Positions 9,049-17,506 of a stretch of DNA of 44,182 bases are shown here, in pieces. Each line of letters starts with the position of its first letter. Positions within the stretch are counted from its first letter, which is position 1. The translations under genes and the position numbers were made by a program. This DNA is from a virus (lineage: Duplodnaviria > Caudoviricetes): positions 1-44,182 of IMG/VR virus record IMGVR_UViG_3300032365_000044; one strand, given 5' to 3'. The notes under the pieces were generated by a model, which was given only the letters and a program-made list of their open reading frames with translations, searched no databases and was not told where the DNA came from.

Positions 9049-10832
9049 TGGTCTCTATTCTTATTTGCTGTAGCCTCTATCAAAGGCACCAGTTTACTAG
9101 TTGTCGCTCTAAAGAAATCCCTTACTTCTGGGACATCTCTTGAATAAGTTCTATTATATCTTCCCATAGTTGATGTTGCCAACATTTCGGTCAGGATTCT
9201 ATATATTTTGTCATTAAGACTTTCTTTAGGCATGTCAGGAGGAACCTCGCCCACTCCAGGAAGAGGAACTTCAGGTACAGCTCTTGGAGATGTCTGAATC
9301 ATCAAGTCAATCGTTTCAGGGTCTAAATCCAAATACCTAATAAGCAACGTTTTGACTGCTAAATCAGATAAATTAGGTCTTCCTGTAAGTGTAATAAAAT
9401 AATTAGACATTGTAGATATGTTATCCAAAGCAACTCTCATTGAATTCAATTGTTCATCAGCAACAGGCGTGATCTGTCTATATTTAGCGGCTAATGACGT
9501 TCCTTCTGTCCATCTACCATTCAATGCTAATATAATACTCGCTAAAACAATATGACCATATGAATAGCTTTTTACTACTTTTGCCACTTTTCTTGAAAAT
9601 CTTAAATCCTGAAGAGTAAGTTTCTTGTATCCCTGATACTTTTCATCAGGCTTGAAGTAACTCCGTGGCATACCTGTAGCAGATATCAATTTATCCAAAA
9701 AATACTCAACATCTTCAGTAGTAGTAAAATCTATTGTTGACGTTAATCTTTCTAATCCTATTCTTTGATCTCCTGAACCTTCAGGCAACCATAAAACTTC
9801 TGTAAATGCATCTGGCTTTTTTACTCCTCTGACTTCTTTGCCACTTCCAAATATAATGTCATGCCACATAGCTCTTGCTCTTGAGAGTTTTGCCATAGCA
9901 GCTTCAGGATTGCTGGTTCCCGTTGGGATTCTAACTACCAATTTATCTGTTTTCGCTGCTCTTGCCAACGCTAATAGTCCTTCCAAAACCAATAATCTTC
10001 TATATGGAGACCTACAAGCATCTGCTGAAGAAATTCCATACGGGAAATACTCTTCATCTCCCGTGGGAATTTTATAATGTATTACTTCCCAAGGATATAA
10101 TATTTTGGTTTTTTGATCTCTTAATTTGTATTCATATTTGAGTGGAGCAGAAGATTCTTCAAAATTAGTTCTTTTATATTTTTTAGGGTCAGTCTCACAC
10201 CGCAGAGACTTTATCTCCTTTTGAGATATACCTAAAGGCTCAACAAAATGATCACCAAATAATGCCATACCCCTTACAATAACTTCAGTATTGGGATTCA
10301 ATAAATCAATAGCATCATTAATCCATTCTGTAGTTTCTTTATCCAAATCATTCTGTTCATCAAAAACCTCAATCTCAACTAGTTCTCCAGTTGATAGTTT
10401 ATATGAAATAGCCTCCTCAACCAAAGTTTCAATCATAAGATTAACTTCCGGCGAGTTCTTATTCATAAACTTGAGGTCTTCGTATCGGATCAATCTATTC
10501 TGTTCCCCAACAAGCTTCAATGATGATGTAATAAATCCCGTGCTCTTCCAAAACTCCATGAAGTCTCTTTCATCGCCGTCTTTGGGGGCATACATAATCC
10601 CCAAGTTATTAAAGATTGTTGGCAAACTTGTGGGTAACTTGGAAATATCTAACCCAACATGAGAGTCATCAATTAACTCCAAATTGAGAGCATGTAAGAT
10701 TTGCTGTAATACTTCGGGGTCTTGTAAGATAGCTTCAGCACGTTTCATTGGAGAAAGTGCTGGATGTGTTGCAGTAGGAATTGATGCTTGTGGATTAATA
10801 AAACTTTCTTTTAGTGTCTTCCAAATACCCAT
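9018..10832 (-). CDS. Portal protein (T4 gp20-like)
   Basis: 604 aa; RYEDL..M...PEV..MIE.LVEEA, G.ALFGDHF, VIHYK...PYG.S...R..YRRL..LE...LAR, DVEYF..KL....MP, DLRFSRKV. Confidence 0.88.
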   Translation of the reverse strand: MGIWKTLKESFINPQASIPTATHPALSPMKRAEAILQDPEVLQQILHALNLELIDDSHVGLDISKLPTSLPTIFNNLGIMYAPKDGDERDFMEFWKSTGFITSSLKLVGEQNRLIRYEDLKFMNKNSPEVNLMIETLVEEAISYKLSTGELVEIEVFDEQNDLDKETTEWINDAIDLLNPNTEVIVRGMALFGDHFVEPLGISQKEIKSLRCETDPKKYKRTNFEESSAPLKYEYKLRDQKTKILYPWEVIHYKIPTGDEEYFPYGISSADACRSPYRRLLVLEGLLALARAAKTDKLVVRIPTGTSNPEAAMAKLSRARAMWHDIIFGSGKEVRGVKKPDAFTEVLWLPEGSGDQRIGLERLTSTIDFTTTEDVEYFLDKLISATGMPRSYFKPDEKYQGYKKLTLQDLRFSRKVAKVVKSYSYGHIVLASIILALNGRWTEGTSLAAKYRQITPVADEQLNSMRVALDNISTMSNYFITLTGRPNLSDLAVKTLLIRYLDLDPETIDLMIQTSPRAVPEVPLPGVGEVPPDMPKESLNDKIYRILTEMLATSTMGRYNRTYSRDVPEVRDFFRATTSKLVPLIEATANKNRDQWEQIVKTLS

Positions 10833-10895
10833 ATTTAAAGGTAAATCCTCCTTAACAGTTCATGGTAATAGTTAGGTGAGAAAAATGACAAGTCT

Positions 10896-10920
10896 ATCTT
10901 CACAACAAAAAGGGGGGAAA
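10896..10920 (-). promoter_or_regulatory. 25-bp conserved element, copy 2
   Basis: Identical to 5901-5925; about 64 nt upstream of the portal ATG. Confidence 0.65.
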
Positions 10921-10970
10921 AAAGAAAAAACTTCTTTAGGAATTTTTTGGTGAGATCAAAGAGGGAAAAA

Positions 10971-11043
10971 AGCGGGCACTAGGTCTCGAACCTAGACCCT
11001 TCAACTCGGCAAGTTGATGCTCTACCTATTGAGCTATACCCGC
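10971..11043 (-). tRNA. tRNA-Gly (GCC), CCA not encoded
   Basis: GCGGGTATAGCTCAATAGGTAGAGCATCAACTTGCCGAGTTGAAGGGTCTAGGTTCGAGACCTAGTGCCCGCT folds as a cloverleaf; anticodon loop TTGCCGA; U73 discriminator as in bacterial tRNA-Gly. Confidence 0.93.
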
Positions 11044-11062
11044 ATACAACAAATATCAAAAA

Positions 11063-11497
11063 CTACATATAAGCCAAATAATACCACGTGATAGTACCAC
11101 TTCCGCACAGTCCTCCGTAAAGATAATGACCATACTGAAGTGAAAGAAAACAGTAAGTAGTAGGGTCGTACCCCCATGTAAACGGTATAAGCTGATTATA
11201 AGCATTGACATAATAACCATAAGCTTCATTATAATCATAATCAAAGGCTGCAATCAAGAGAATACCGTTACCTGCATCGTAAGAGAAAAGGCCATAATTG
11301 TTATTCCAAATACCTGGGTCTTCTTTGGCAACTACATTATTGCTATTTCTTTCAACAGCAGCCCCCTTACTAACACTTACTCCAGCGGGAGCTGTCCGAG
11401 TGACATCTTTCATCACTGCATCTTGTGCGTAAGCCACAACTGCTGCACCAAACACCAAAACAAAAACCATCAACACTAACATTATCAACTTCTTCAT
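11063..11497 (-). CDS. Exported protein with signal peptide and Tyr-rich C-terminal domain
   Basis: MKK + hydrophobic core + AYA cleavage site; GGAGG RBS. Confidence 0.7.
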   Translation of the reverse strand: MKKLIMLVLMVFVLVFGAAVVAYAQDAVMKDVTRTAPAGVSVSKGAAVERNSNNVVAKEDPGIWNNNYGLFSYDAGNGILLIAAFDYDYNEAYGYYVNAYNQLIPFTWGYDPTTYCFLSLQYGHYLYGGLCGSGTITWYYLAYM

Positions 11498-11544
11498 TTC
11501 ACTACCTCCAACAACTCAACTGAAGACCAGAAACCAGTCTCTTC

Positions 11545-11889
11545 TTATTTTCCTACATGTTGCGACAGTTTCTCTGTAGCAGCTTGCAATGTAATATCAT
11601 CCGCATCTTCAATCTCTTCGTCTTTGATCTCCATAAAGTAATCTACACTATTACCACATGATTTGATATCAAAATATAAACTGATATCATCTTTCATACA
11701 ACGTACCAACACATTGCCATCTACACCAGGGAATACATCAACACCAAATCCATTTTTATCAGCTAAATGCATGAGAGAGAGGGCTGATTCTGCTGCACAT
11801 GGGCAAACAGGTTCACCCTCTCCAAGATGCCATCCTCTCGGCAGGTCCAAAAATTCCCAAAGTTTATTCTCTGCCGTCTCAATACTCAT
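11545..11889 (-). CDS. Hypothetical protein
   Basis: 114 aa, L..GW..GEG.P motif; AGGAGG RBS. Confidence 0.65.
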   Translation of the reverse strand: MSIETAENKLWEFLDLPRGWHLGEGEPVCPCAAESALSLMHLADKNGFGVDVFPGVDGNVLVRCMKDDISLYFDIKSCGNSVDYFMEIKDEEIEDADDITLQAATEKLSQHVGK

Positions 11890-11901
11890 GCACCCCTCCT
11901 T

Positions 11902-12648
11902 CTACTTCCTTACAGTCCAATAATCAGATGCCCACTTGTTTATATATGCAAAAGGAATAGTGCAATATCCTTTAGCTCCCCATCCTGCACCCCAAGAGTT
12001 CCTGACATCAAACCTTTGAGTATTTTCGTCATATCCTACTGCCAACATAGCGTGACCACCCAATTGCCTCTCTGTAGCAGGATTAGGAACAGGAACTATA
12101 CCAGTTTTGGCAACACTATCCGATTCAAAACTTTCAAAAACGGTAATACCAAAAATAAAAGGAAATCCATCAGCCAAACAAGTCAACATATCATTTTGAT
12201 TCAATACCCTATGATAGGACTTTATTTCGTGAATAACTGCATCTTTGTAACACTGCTTGCCAGGTTTCACTGTAAACTCATTAATATTGTAAGGCCACTC
12301 CTTCTCTGAACACCACCCCCAACTAGCAGCAGCTTTTATGATATCCCTGATTGAAGCTCCACTATCTTCACTAACAGTTCCTTCAATCAAACGCTCGTTG
12401 TAATATACAAAAAGTCTGCTAACAGGCAAAAATGTTATACCATATTTGAGTTCCAAAAATTCAAAGCAACCTGCTCCTGCATTGGCAGTACAACTGCCTA
12501 ACTCCCCCTGATCAACAATAGGGCTGCATTTAGATATCATATTTACAACTTTAGGTAACGTTATTGTTGGCTTGATATCCTTATATAAAAAATTTAAGTC
12601 TCTTTCATCTTTCTTATCGGGTTTCCACCCATAAGTACGTTTTGTCAT
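11902..12648 (-). CDS. Papain-family (C1A) cysteine peptidase
   Basis: YGWKPD N-terminus, DQGELGSCTANA (oxyanion Gln, catalytic Cys), SRLFVYYNER, GGHAMLAVGY (His), RNSWG (Asn). Confidence 0.93.
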   Translation of the reverse strand: MTKRTYGWKPDKKDERDLNFLYKDIKPTITLPKVVNMISKCSPIVDQGELGSCTANAGAGCFEFLELKYGITFLPVSRLFVYYNERLIEGTVSEDSGASIRDIIKAAASWGWCSEKEWPYNINEFTVKPGKQCYKDAVIHEIKSYHRVLNQNDMLTCLADGFPFIFGITVFESFESDSVAKTGIVPVPNPATERQLGGHAMLAVGYDENTQRFDVRNSWGAGWGAKGYCTIPFAYINKWASDYWTVRK

Positions 12649-12674
12649 ACTTTTACTTCCTCCATGTTTTTTAT

Positions 12675-13148
12675 CTAATATCTATTTCGATAAATAAGCA
12701 TAGAGATACTCTGCAATTTAGACACAGCTATTCCGTTTACCCAATCCAATGCTTTTCTAATGACCTTGATTTGCTCGGCATTATCAGTAATTCCATTGTA
12801 CTTGAAATATTCATCTAAATAAACTGTCAGTTTGTCAACAAAAACAGTAGCGAGAACTTTATCCCCAGGCGATAAGCTGCCTGCAACAATTTCATTAACA
12901 ATTTGCGACTTCAAAACTGATGCTTGAATGTTTGCATTATCCTCAATAGCAGAAATACCTAGTCCACTAATGAAAATAGCTTCCGTTACCCACGTAGGGT
13001 GCTGATCCAAAATGCTGTTGGTATCAGCTTCTATTGCAGATTGCAGCGATGTTTCATCAGTTATCTTCTGGCATCCAATAAAACTGAAAATAAACAACAA
13101 ACAAATCAAAAAAATAGAGGTACTTCTAATTTTTATATTCACATTCAC
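12675..13148 (-). CDS. Putative lipoprotein
   Basis: Basic N-terminus, hydrophobic stretch and FIGC lipobox-like site. Confidence 0.6.
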   Translation of the reverse strand: MNVNIKIRSTSIFLICLLFIFSFIGCQKITDETSLQSAIEADTNSILDQHPTWVTEAIFISGLGISAIEDNANIQASVLKSQIVNEIVAGSLSPGDKVLATVFVDKLTVYLDEYFKYNGITDNAEQIKVIRKALDWVNGIAVSKLQSISMLIYRNRY

Positions 13149-13158
13149 AACCTCCTAA

Positions 13159-13710
13159 TCATTGGCATTTTGTAGATATCCTTTCACGCCAATGTATCTT
13201 AAACAAAATTTGCTCTACTATTTCATAAACCGAATCTCTGTGATAAGGTATAGAAATAAAAGGTATTCCAGCAAAACCTAAAAAATCCCGTATTCTCCTA
13301 TCTAAATCTCTCGCTTTAGCTTCGTCTTGTACCCTCCCCGCTGAATTATAAGGTTTCGATCTCTCAACAAGAAAATTGAGGTTATTGAAATTTGCAATAG
13401 TCTTCAGTACCAAATCTCTAAATTCTATTCCTACACACTCTCCGTATACAAGAGATAGAAATAATGGAGAGTCGGTTACTATTACCTCTACTTTACCTAT
13501 AAGTCTATTTATAGTATGATATTGTTTGCCAAATATATAAATCTGATTATCAAGAATATTCAAAGAGCCTTCCCAGACCTTCTCTTTTGCATATTCCGGT
13601 GCCATCTCACAGTTTATATCCATAAACTTCAATTCTGCAAAAACAGCTGCCATAAGAGTGCTCTTCCCTAAACCAGGACCCCCAAACAAATTACAAATCA
13701 ATGTTTCCAC
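13159..13710 (-). CDS. P-loop kinase/ATPase, NadR/Ttd14 (AAA_28)-like
   Basis: NLFGGPGLGKST Walker A, EYAKEKVWE, VTDSP, GRVQ. Probable GTG start at 13710 behind an AAAGGGGA RBS (track start 13767 is probably too long). Confidence 0.8.
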   Translation of the reverse strand: METLICNLFGGPGLGKSTLMAAVFAELKFMDINCEMAPEYAKEKVWEGSLNILDNQIYIFGKQYHTINRLIGKVEVIVTDSPLFLSLVYGECVGIEFRDLVLKTIANFNNLNFLVERSKPYNSAGRVQDEAKARDLDRRIRDFLGFAGIPFISIPYHRDSVYEIVEQILFKIHWRERISTKCQ

Positions 13711-13742
13711 TTTAATCCCCTTTCTCTCTATAAATCTTTTCA

Positions 13743-13775
13743 GTTTCAAAAAGCAACGGATACCCAAAAAGCAAC
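13743..13775 (+). promoter_or_regulatory. Tandem putative enhancer-binding-protein sites (CAAAAAGCAAC x2, 18-bp period)
   Basis: Direct repeats at 13747-13757 and 13765-13775; the first forms the quasi-palindrome GTTTCAAAAAGCAAC; 55-85 bp upstream of the sigma54 motif. Confidence 0.5.
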
Positions 13776-13828
13776 ACTATTTCTTTCTCTTGAAAAAAAT
13801 AATTCATATAATTCAGCATTATATTCTT

Positions 13829-13844
13829 TGGCACAAGATATGCA
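13829..13844 (+). promoter_or_regulatory. sigma54 (-24/-12) promoter
   Basis: TGGCACAAGATATGCA matches TGGCAC-N5-TTGCA with exact GG-N10-GC spacing, about 40 nt upstream of ATG 13883. Confidence 0.7.
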
Positions 13845-13882
13845 TATACTCTATGTATAAAACAAAACGGAGGCATAAAACA

Positions 13883-14038
13883 ATGAAAAGACTATTTAAT
13901 ATTTTTGAGAAACTTTTTACAGCAGTCACATTTGCAGAGGCAGGAGAATTTGAAACTGCAAGAGCCATTATAAGAGAAATAGATGAAAGACAACCAATAA
14001 TTCGCAAAGATATAAGACTTTATGCTCAAGGGCGTTAA
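13883..14038 (+). CDS. 51-aa small protein with AVTFAEAGE motif; the only credible plus-strand gene
   Basis: MKRLFNIFEKLFTAVTFAEAGEFETARAIIRE...; GGAGG RBS; occupies a gap between minus-strand genes. The motif is recalled from small proteins of Desulfobacterota/Deltaproteobacteria. Confidence 0.75.
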   Translation: MKRLFNIFEKLFTAVTFAEAGEFETARAIIREIDERQPIIRKDIRLYAQGR

Positions 14039-14044
14039 TTCGTC

Positions 14045-14242
14045 CTACTCTCCAGAGTTGAAAATATCCACAGCAGCGTCATACCCTTCCCAATTATCCA
14101 CACCCATTGCTTTAAGTGCTGATAAAAGTCTTCTATCCCGCTGCAATTCCTCATACTCCTTAAACGTCACCACAACACAATTTTTTGGTGCACAATTTTC
14201 CATACGGTCCTCCAATCCTCCAAAAAAGATACAAACACTCAT
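14045..14242 (-). CDS. Phage hypothetical protein (GVDNWEGY motif)
   Basis: L.AL...GVDNWEGY is a common small phage protein motif. Confidence 0.7.
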   Translation of the reverse strand: MSVCIFFGGLEDRMENCAPKNCVVVTFKEYEELQRDRRLLSALKAMGVDNWEGYDAAVDIFNSGE

Positions 14243-14463
14243 ACTAATCCTTGATCTACTTTAGATATGCAGCACTTCTTAAACTTGAGACCGCTCCCAC
14301 ATGGACACGGCTCATTCCTGCCTATCTTTACCCGCCTAACTAAAGTGTGCCCCTTGCCCTGTAGTTCATTAAGACGAGCATCCATTTTAGCCACAACCTC
14401 TTCATCAGTCTCTCCCTTGAAAAACTCTTGAATAGTCTTATCTTCATATTGTGTTTCTTGCAT
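14239..14463 (-). CDS. SEC-C motif (SecA metal-binding domain) protein
   Basis: [20 protein letters not shown]; probable start MQETQ at 14463 (TGATG overlap, GAGGGAG RBS). Confidence 0.8.
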   Translation of the reverse strand: MQETQYEDKTIQEFFKGETDEEVVAKMDARLNELQGKGHTLVRRVKIGRNEPCPCGSGLKFKKCCISKVDQGLV

Positions 14464-14654
14464 CAGTTCTCCCTCACAATAATAAACCCTTTTACATCCT
14501 TCAAGTCTGGAATTATACTCGTTGAGTAAATTAATCTCCACGTACCATCTAATAACTCTGTAAGTTCTATAATTTTCTTGTCCACCTTGATCGCTGTTAC
14601 TTTGGACAACACCAACTCTTTATCAATACCGTCAATCAGAATAGACCTTTTCAC
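14463..14654 (-). CDS. Hypothetical protein
   Basis: 63 aa, overlapping both neighbours. Confidence 0.55.
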   Translation of the reverse strand: MKRSILIDGIDKELVLSKVTAIKVDKKIIELTELLDGTWRLIYSTSIIPDLKDVKGFIIVREN

Positions 14655-15162
14655 GTGTAATTCCTTTTGCAGTACCCCCCTCCAAGGTTCGTAACCCGTA
14701 CCACCTGTCTCTTTCTCTAACTGCTACTTTAAAAGCGTCAAGACAGGCTCTTAAATATTGAGCCAAAATAAAGTCTGGTGTATCAGATTCATTCTCTATC
14801 GAATATCTATTAATAAGATTCTCCAATGCCAACTCAAAAGTTGACCTATCTTCGACTGTTTCAGGTTCGGCTATAATACCTTCATCTACCATCATCTTCT
14901 TATCCTCCTGATATCGTGTTCCCAACTCCTTCTTGACACATTCTACAATACCCTGAACAGTATTGATTCTTTCAAGGTCTTTATCAGGGATTTCATAGAT
15001 GTCAAACGCTTCTTCAATTTCCATTATTATTTCAATAATATCCAAAGAATCTGCCCCAAGGTCCTCCACTAATAAAGCATCTGGCGTTACCTTTGAAATA
15101 TCGATATAAAGCATTCTCGAAATTATTGCCTGTATTTTTTCCTCAACCGAAACAGTAATCAT
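14632..15162 (-). CDS. acpP: Acyl carrier protein domain fused to a phage hypothetical domain
   Basis: Residues ~5-80 VEEKIQAIIS...VTPDALLVEDLGADSLDIIEIIMEIEEAFDI.EIPD.D.E.I.TVQ with the phosphopantetheine Ser; C-terminal LINRYSIENESDTPDFILAQYL domain. Confidence 0.85.
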   Translation of the reverse strand: MITVSVEEKIQAIISRMLYIDISKVTPDALLVEDLGADSLDIIEIIMEIEEAFDIYEIPDKDLERINTVQGIVECVKKELGTRYQEDKKMMVDEGIIAEPETVEDRSTFELALENLINRYSIENESDTPDFILAQYLRACLDAFKVAVRERDRWYGLRTLEGGTAKGITREKVYSD

Positions 15163-15187
15163 AGAAGTTCTCCTTTGGGTTAGCTAA

Positions 15188-15208
15188 AGGGGCACTAAAC
15201 GTGCCCCT
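15188..15208 (-). terminator. Stem-loop after the vWA gene
   Basis: AGGGGCAC-GTTTA-GTGCCCCT perfect 8-bp stem; only a short U run follows. Confidence 0.5.
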
Positions 15209-15225
15209 CACAGCGTGTGTGAAAT

Positions 15226-15999
15226 TTAGAACGACAGCGGTTGAGACGGCCCTCCGGTTCCCAACGATTGCGAGACCGAAGAGACTGATTTGCTCACCCA
15301 ACCACCCAACTTTGCCAAATTTTGCGGGGTAGCATCTCCCGCATCTATATATTTGGTCAATTTAGCTTCGTTCTGAAGACTATACAAAAACCCAGAACAC
15401 TGTTTGGTATTGATACCAACTAGAATAGAGATGAATGATTCGATTATTCCCTCACTAGATGCCAACTGATCTACCATATCTGCAATCTGTGTGGGTGTTC
15501 GTGAACTAGCATTGTCATCCCCATCTGTGATTACATATAAAACCCCATTCACTGTAAAATCCTTTTTGGTCAAGCTTTGAGCAAGAGTTAACGTTGCCCC
15601 TATTCCAGAGTAAATAGCGTCCCGCAATGCTGTCAGTCCCGTACAGGAAAAAGGCTTATAGTCGTTATCAGGGTCTATCTGACCCACAGGAATAAATCCA
15701 TGCAGTTCTTTTATCTTTGTGTTGAAAACAATCACCCTTAACAAAAGATTCTCTGATCTGGGTGACTTCTTGCAAGCCCTGACCACGTACTTCACCATCT
15801 CTAACAGTTGATCTGCAAAGTAGTAAACACTGCCTGTTACATCAATAGCGAGAGTAACAAGAGTATATTCACTTGCCAAATCTGCTAATATGGCAGGCTT
15901 GACAGCGGAAAACTGAAACCCCCCACCACCAGGAATAGTCAATACGTCCATGTCTAAAGTGTTAGAGCCATTATTATCTCTTATGTGTTCTGTACCCAT
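15226..15999 (-). CDS. vWA domain protein (TerY-like)
   Basis: MIDAS-type DVTGS, G.TAL.DA, VITDGDDN.S, ILVGI. Confidence 0.85.
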   Translation of the reverse strand: MGTEHIRDNNGSNTLDMDVLTIPGGGGFQFSAVKPAILADLASEYTLVTLAIDVTGSVYYFADQLLEMVKYVVRACKKSPRSENLLLRVIVFNTKIKELHGFIPVGQIDPDNDYKPFSCTGLTALRDAIYSGIGATLTLAQSLTKKDFTVNGVLYVITDGDDNASSRTPTQIADMVDQLASSEGIIESFISILVGINTKQCSGFLYSLQNEAKLTKYIDAGDATPQNLAKLGGWVSKSVSSVSQSLGTGGPSQPLSF

Positions 16000-16020
16000 T
16001 GCTTTTACCTTCCTTTCTTA

Positions 16021-16221
16021 TTAAGAATTATCACCTTTTTCTAAAACTACCATAAAGCTGAAAGTGGAAAAGAAAAGATTCTCTTCATCTTCTTCAATCA
16101 CCCACAACCCATCCGAATCTTTAGGGGTGCCAAGGACTCTACCTTTAGCATAAGTAGAGTCCAATAACACAACCTTCACTAAGTCCCCAGTCTCTACCCT
16201 CGCAGCTCTCATCGGACTCAT
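16021..16221 (-). CDS. Small hypothetical protein (SH3/Sm-like beta fold possible)
   Basis: 66 aa, GD.VKV...GRV; GAGG RBS; lies between nicotinamidase and vWA. Confidence 0.6.
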   Translation of the reverse strand: MSPMRAARVETGDLVKVVLLDSTYAKGRVLGTPKDSDGLWVIEEDEENLFFSTFSFMVVLEKGDNS

Positions 16222-16227
16222 AACCTC

Positions 16228-17046
16228 TTATTTGAAGAAAGTTGTAGTCTTATCAATCTTCATTCCTCTGCCGACCATCTCTTTCACGAAGTCGTCTGCC
16301 AACTTCTTGTACGGACCAACAGGACTGGTAGCATCTTCGAGAAGCACAAACTTCTTAATATTCTCCTCCCCGAAATTGTTTGCTATATCCCGAACTGTAT
16401 TTGCTAGACAGTGAGATAGAGCCTGTCCTGCAAGCGGGATAACATCAGCCTTCTGGAGTGTACGGATAAGTCCGCCATCTCTAAGGTCCAACATTGTACC
16501 AGCATCAGTTGTATCAGGAACATCTGCCTGAATAGCACTGTAATGCTCGGTCCAGACATTACTGCCCTTGGTAACATAATCAACAAATCTGAATTTTGCT
16601 TCCCACCTTGCCAATGCATCAGCAACAGATTTGATCACATTATGACCCGGCGTTCCAATCAAACAGTGCGGAGGCCAAATCGTCAGCGTATACCTGCCAT
16701 TAGCCTTCAGATCGTGGACATACTTTACTTGCCTCTGCTGAAACAGGGGGTAAGATGCTCTCCAAATCCCCTTGTCAACATCAGCATCAGTAATTTCAGT
16801 ATAAAAACCAGGATGTTCTCCTACACTATTCACCCACATAATCGGATGTGCAATGTGTATAAGATGATGAGTATCAAGTGTTGTGTGAATACCTGTAATC
16901 TTGTCACTAAGCCTATCTATCATCGCTGCTAGACGTGCACAGTCCTCTTCTGCTCCATCAACATACAAAGCAGGATTCCAATCCTTCGTTTCTGCTTTGC
17001 AAAAATCATTCTGTGGATCGATTATCAACAAATCCAACTTAACCAT
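16228..17046 (-). CDS. pncA: Nicotinamidase-like cysteine hydrolase (isochorismatase family)
   Basis: LLIIDPQNDFC (Asp), LDTH (metal), WPPHCLIG (metal His), TKG (Lys), GQALSHC (Cys), LLEDATS. Confidence 0.82.
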   Translation of the reverse strand: MVKLDLLIIDPQNDFCKAETKDWNPALYVDGAEEDCARLAAMIDRLSDKITGIHTTLDTHHLIHIAHPIMWVNSVGEHPGFYTEITDADVDKGIWRASYPLFQQRQVKYVHDLKANGRYTLTIWPPHCLIGTPGHNVIKSVADALARWEAKFRFVDYVTKGSNVWTEHYSAIQADVPDTTDAGTMLDLRDGGLIRTLQKADVIPLAGQALSHCLANTVRDIANNFGEENIKKFVLLEDATSPVGPYKKLADDFVKEMVGRGMKIDKTTTFFK

Positions 17047-17101
17047 TGCAATGCTCTCCTTTCATTACTTCATAATCATAAAACTGAAATAGTTTTATTT
17101 G

Positions 17102-17272
17102 TTACCTAGCAAGTCTATTTACAATCTCCCGTAAATCCTTGATGTCCTCTTTCAAATCATAAATAATCTGTTCTCTCAATTGTATCATCAAACACAGTTG
17201 AGAAAAAGTACATCGCATGAATTTGTAATTTAGTTCAACCAGTGTCATATCTTTGATCTCTTTCTCTACCAT
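17102..17272 (-). CDS. 56-aa coiled-coil hypothetical protein
   Basis: Read manually: MVEKEIKDMTLVELNY...IVNRLAR*; AAAGGAG RBS just downstream of a promoter. Confidence 0.55.
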   Translation of the reverse strand: MVEKEIKDMTLVELNYKFMRCTFSQLCLMIQLREQIIYDLKEDIKDLREIVNRLAR

Positions 17273-17297
17273 TTCTAATATCTCCTTTCTTTTTTTT

Positions 17298-17327
17298 ATG
17301 ATAACACAAAAGTAATACTCTTGTCAA
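17298..17327 (-). promoter_or_regulatory. sigma70-type promoter TTGACA-N18-TATCAT with extended -10
   Basis: GGGGTTGACAAGAGTATTACTTTTGTGTTATCAT, intergenic, upstream of the pncA-vWA unit. Confidence 0.75.
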
Positions 17328-17359
17328 CCCCTCTGCACACACAGAAGTTTAACAGAAGT

Positions 17360-17506
17360 TTAAGACTCCGAAGATTTTGCTTCTTTCACTGCCTTTTTCC
17401 TATTCTTATTATATGGTTCATTGTGTTCTTCTGGCTTCAATGACTTTCTCATAGTACTAATTCTTCCAGCCATCCAGCTATCAATCATAAAAGTATCATC
17501 ACTCAT
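17360..17506 (-). CDS. 48-aa basic hypothetical protein
   Basis: Read manually: MSDDTFMIDSW...AKSSES*; AAGGAG RBS; overlaps the upstream stop. Confidence 0.5.
   Translation of the reverse strand: MSDDTFMIDSWMAGRISTMRKSLKPEEHNEPYNKNRKKAVKEAKSSES

Noticed and set aside
10971-11043. Archaeal host suggested by the CCA-less tRNA
   Set aside because: U73 discriminator, Shine-Dalgarno sites, sigma70/sigma54 motifs and ACP all point to a bacterial host.
13658-13882. 126-aa version of the plus-strand ORF
   Set aside because: The extension overlaps the minus-strand kinase and the promoter region; the RBS and sigma54 motif point to ATG 13883.
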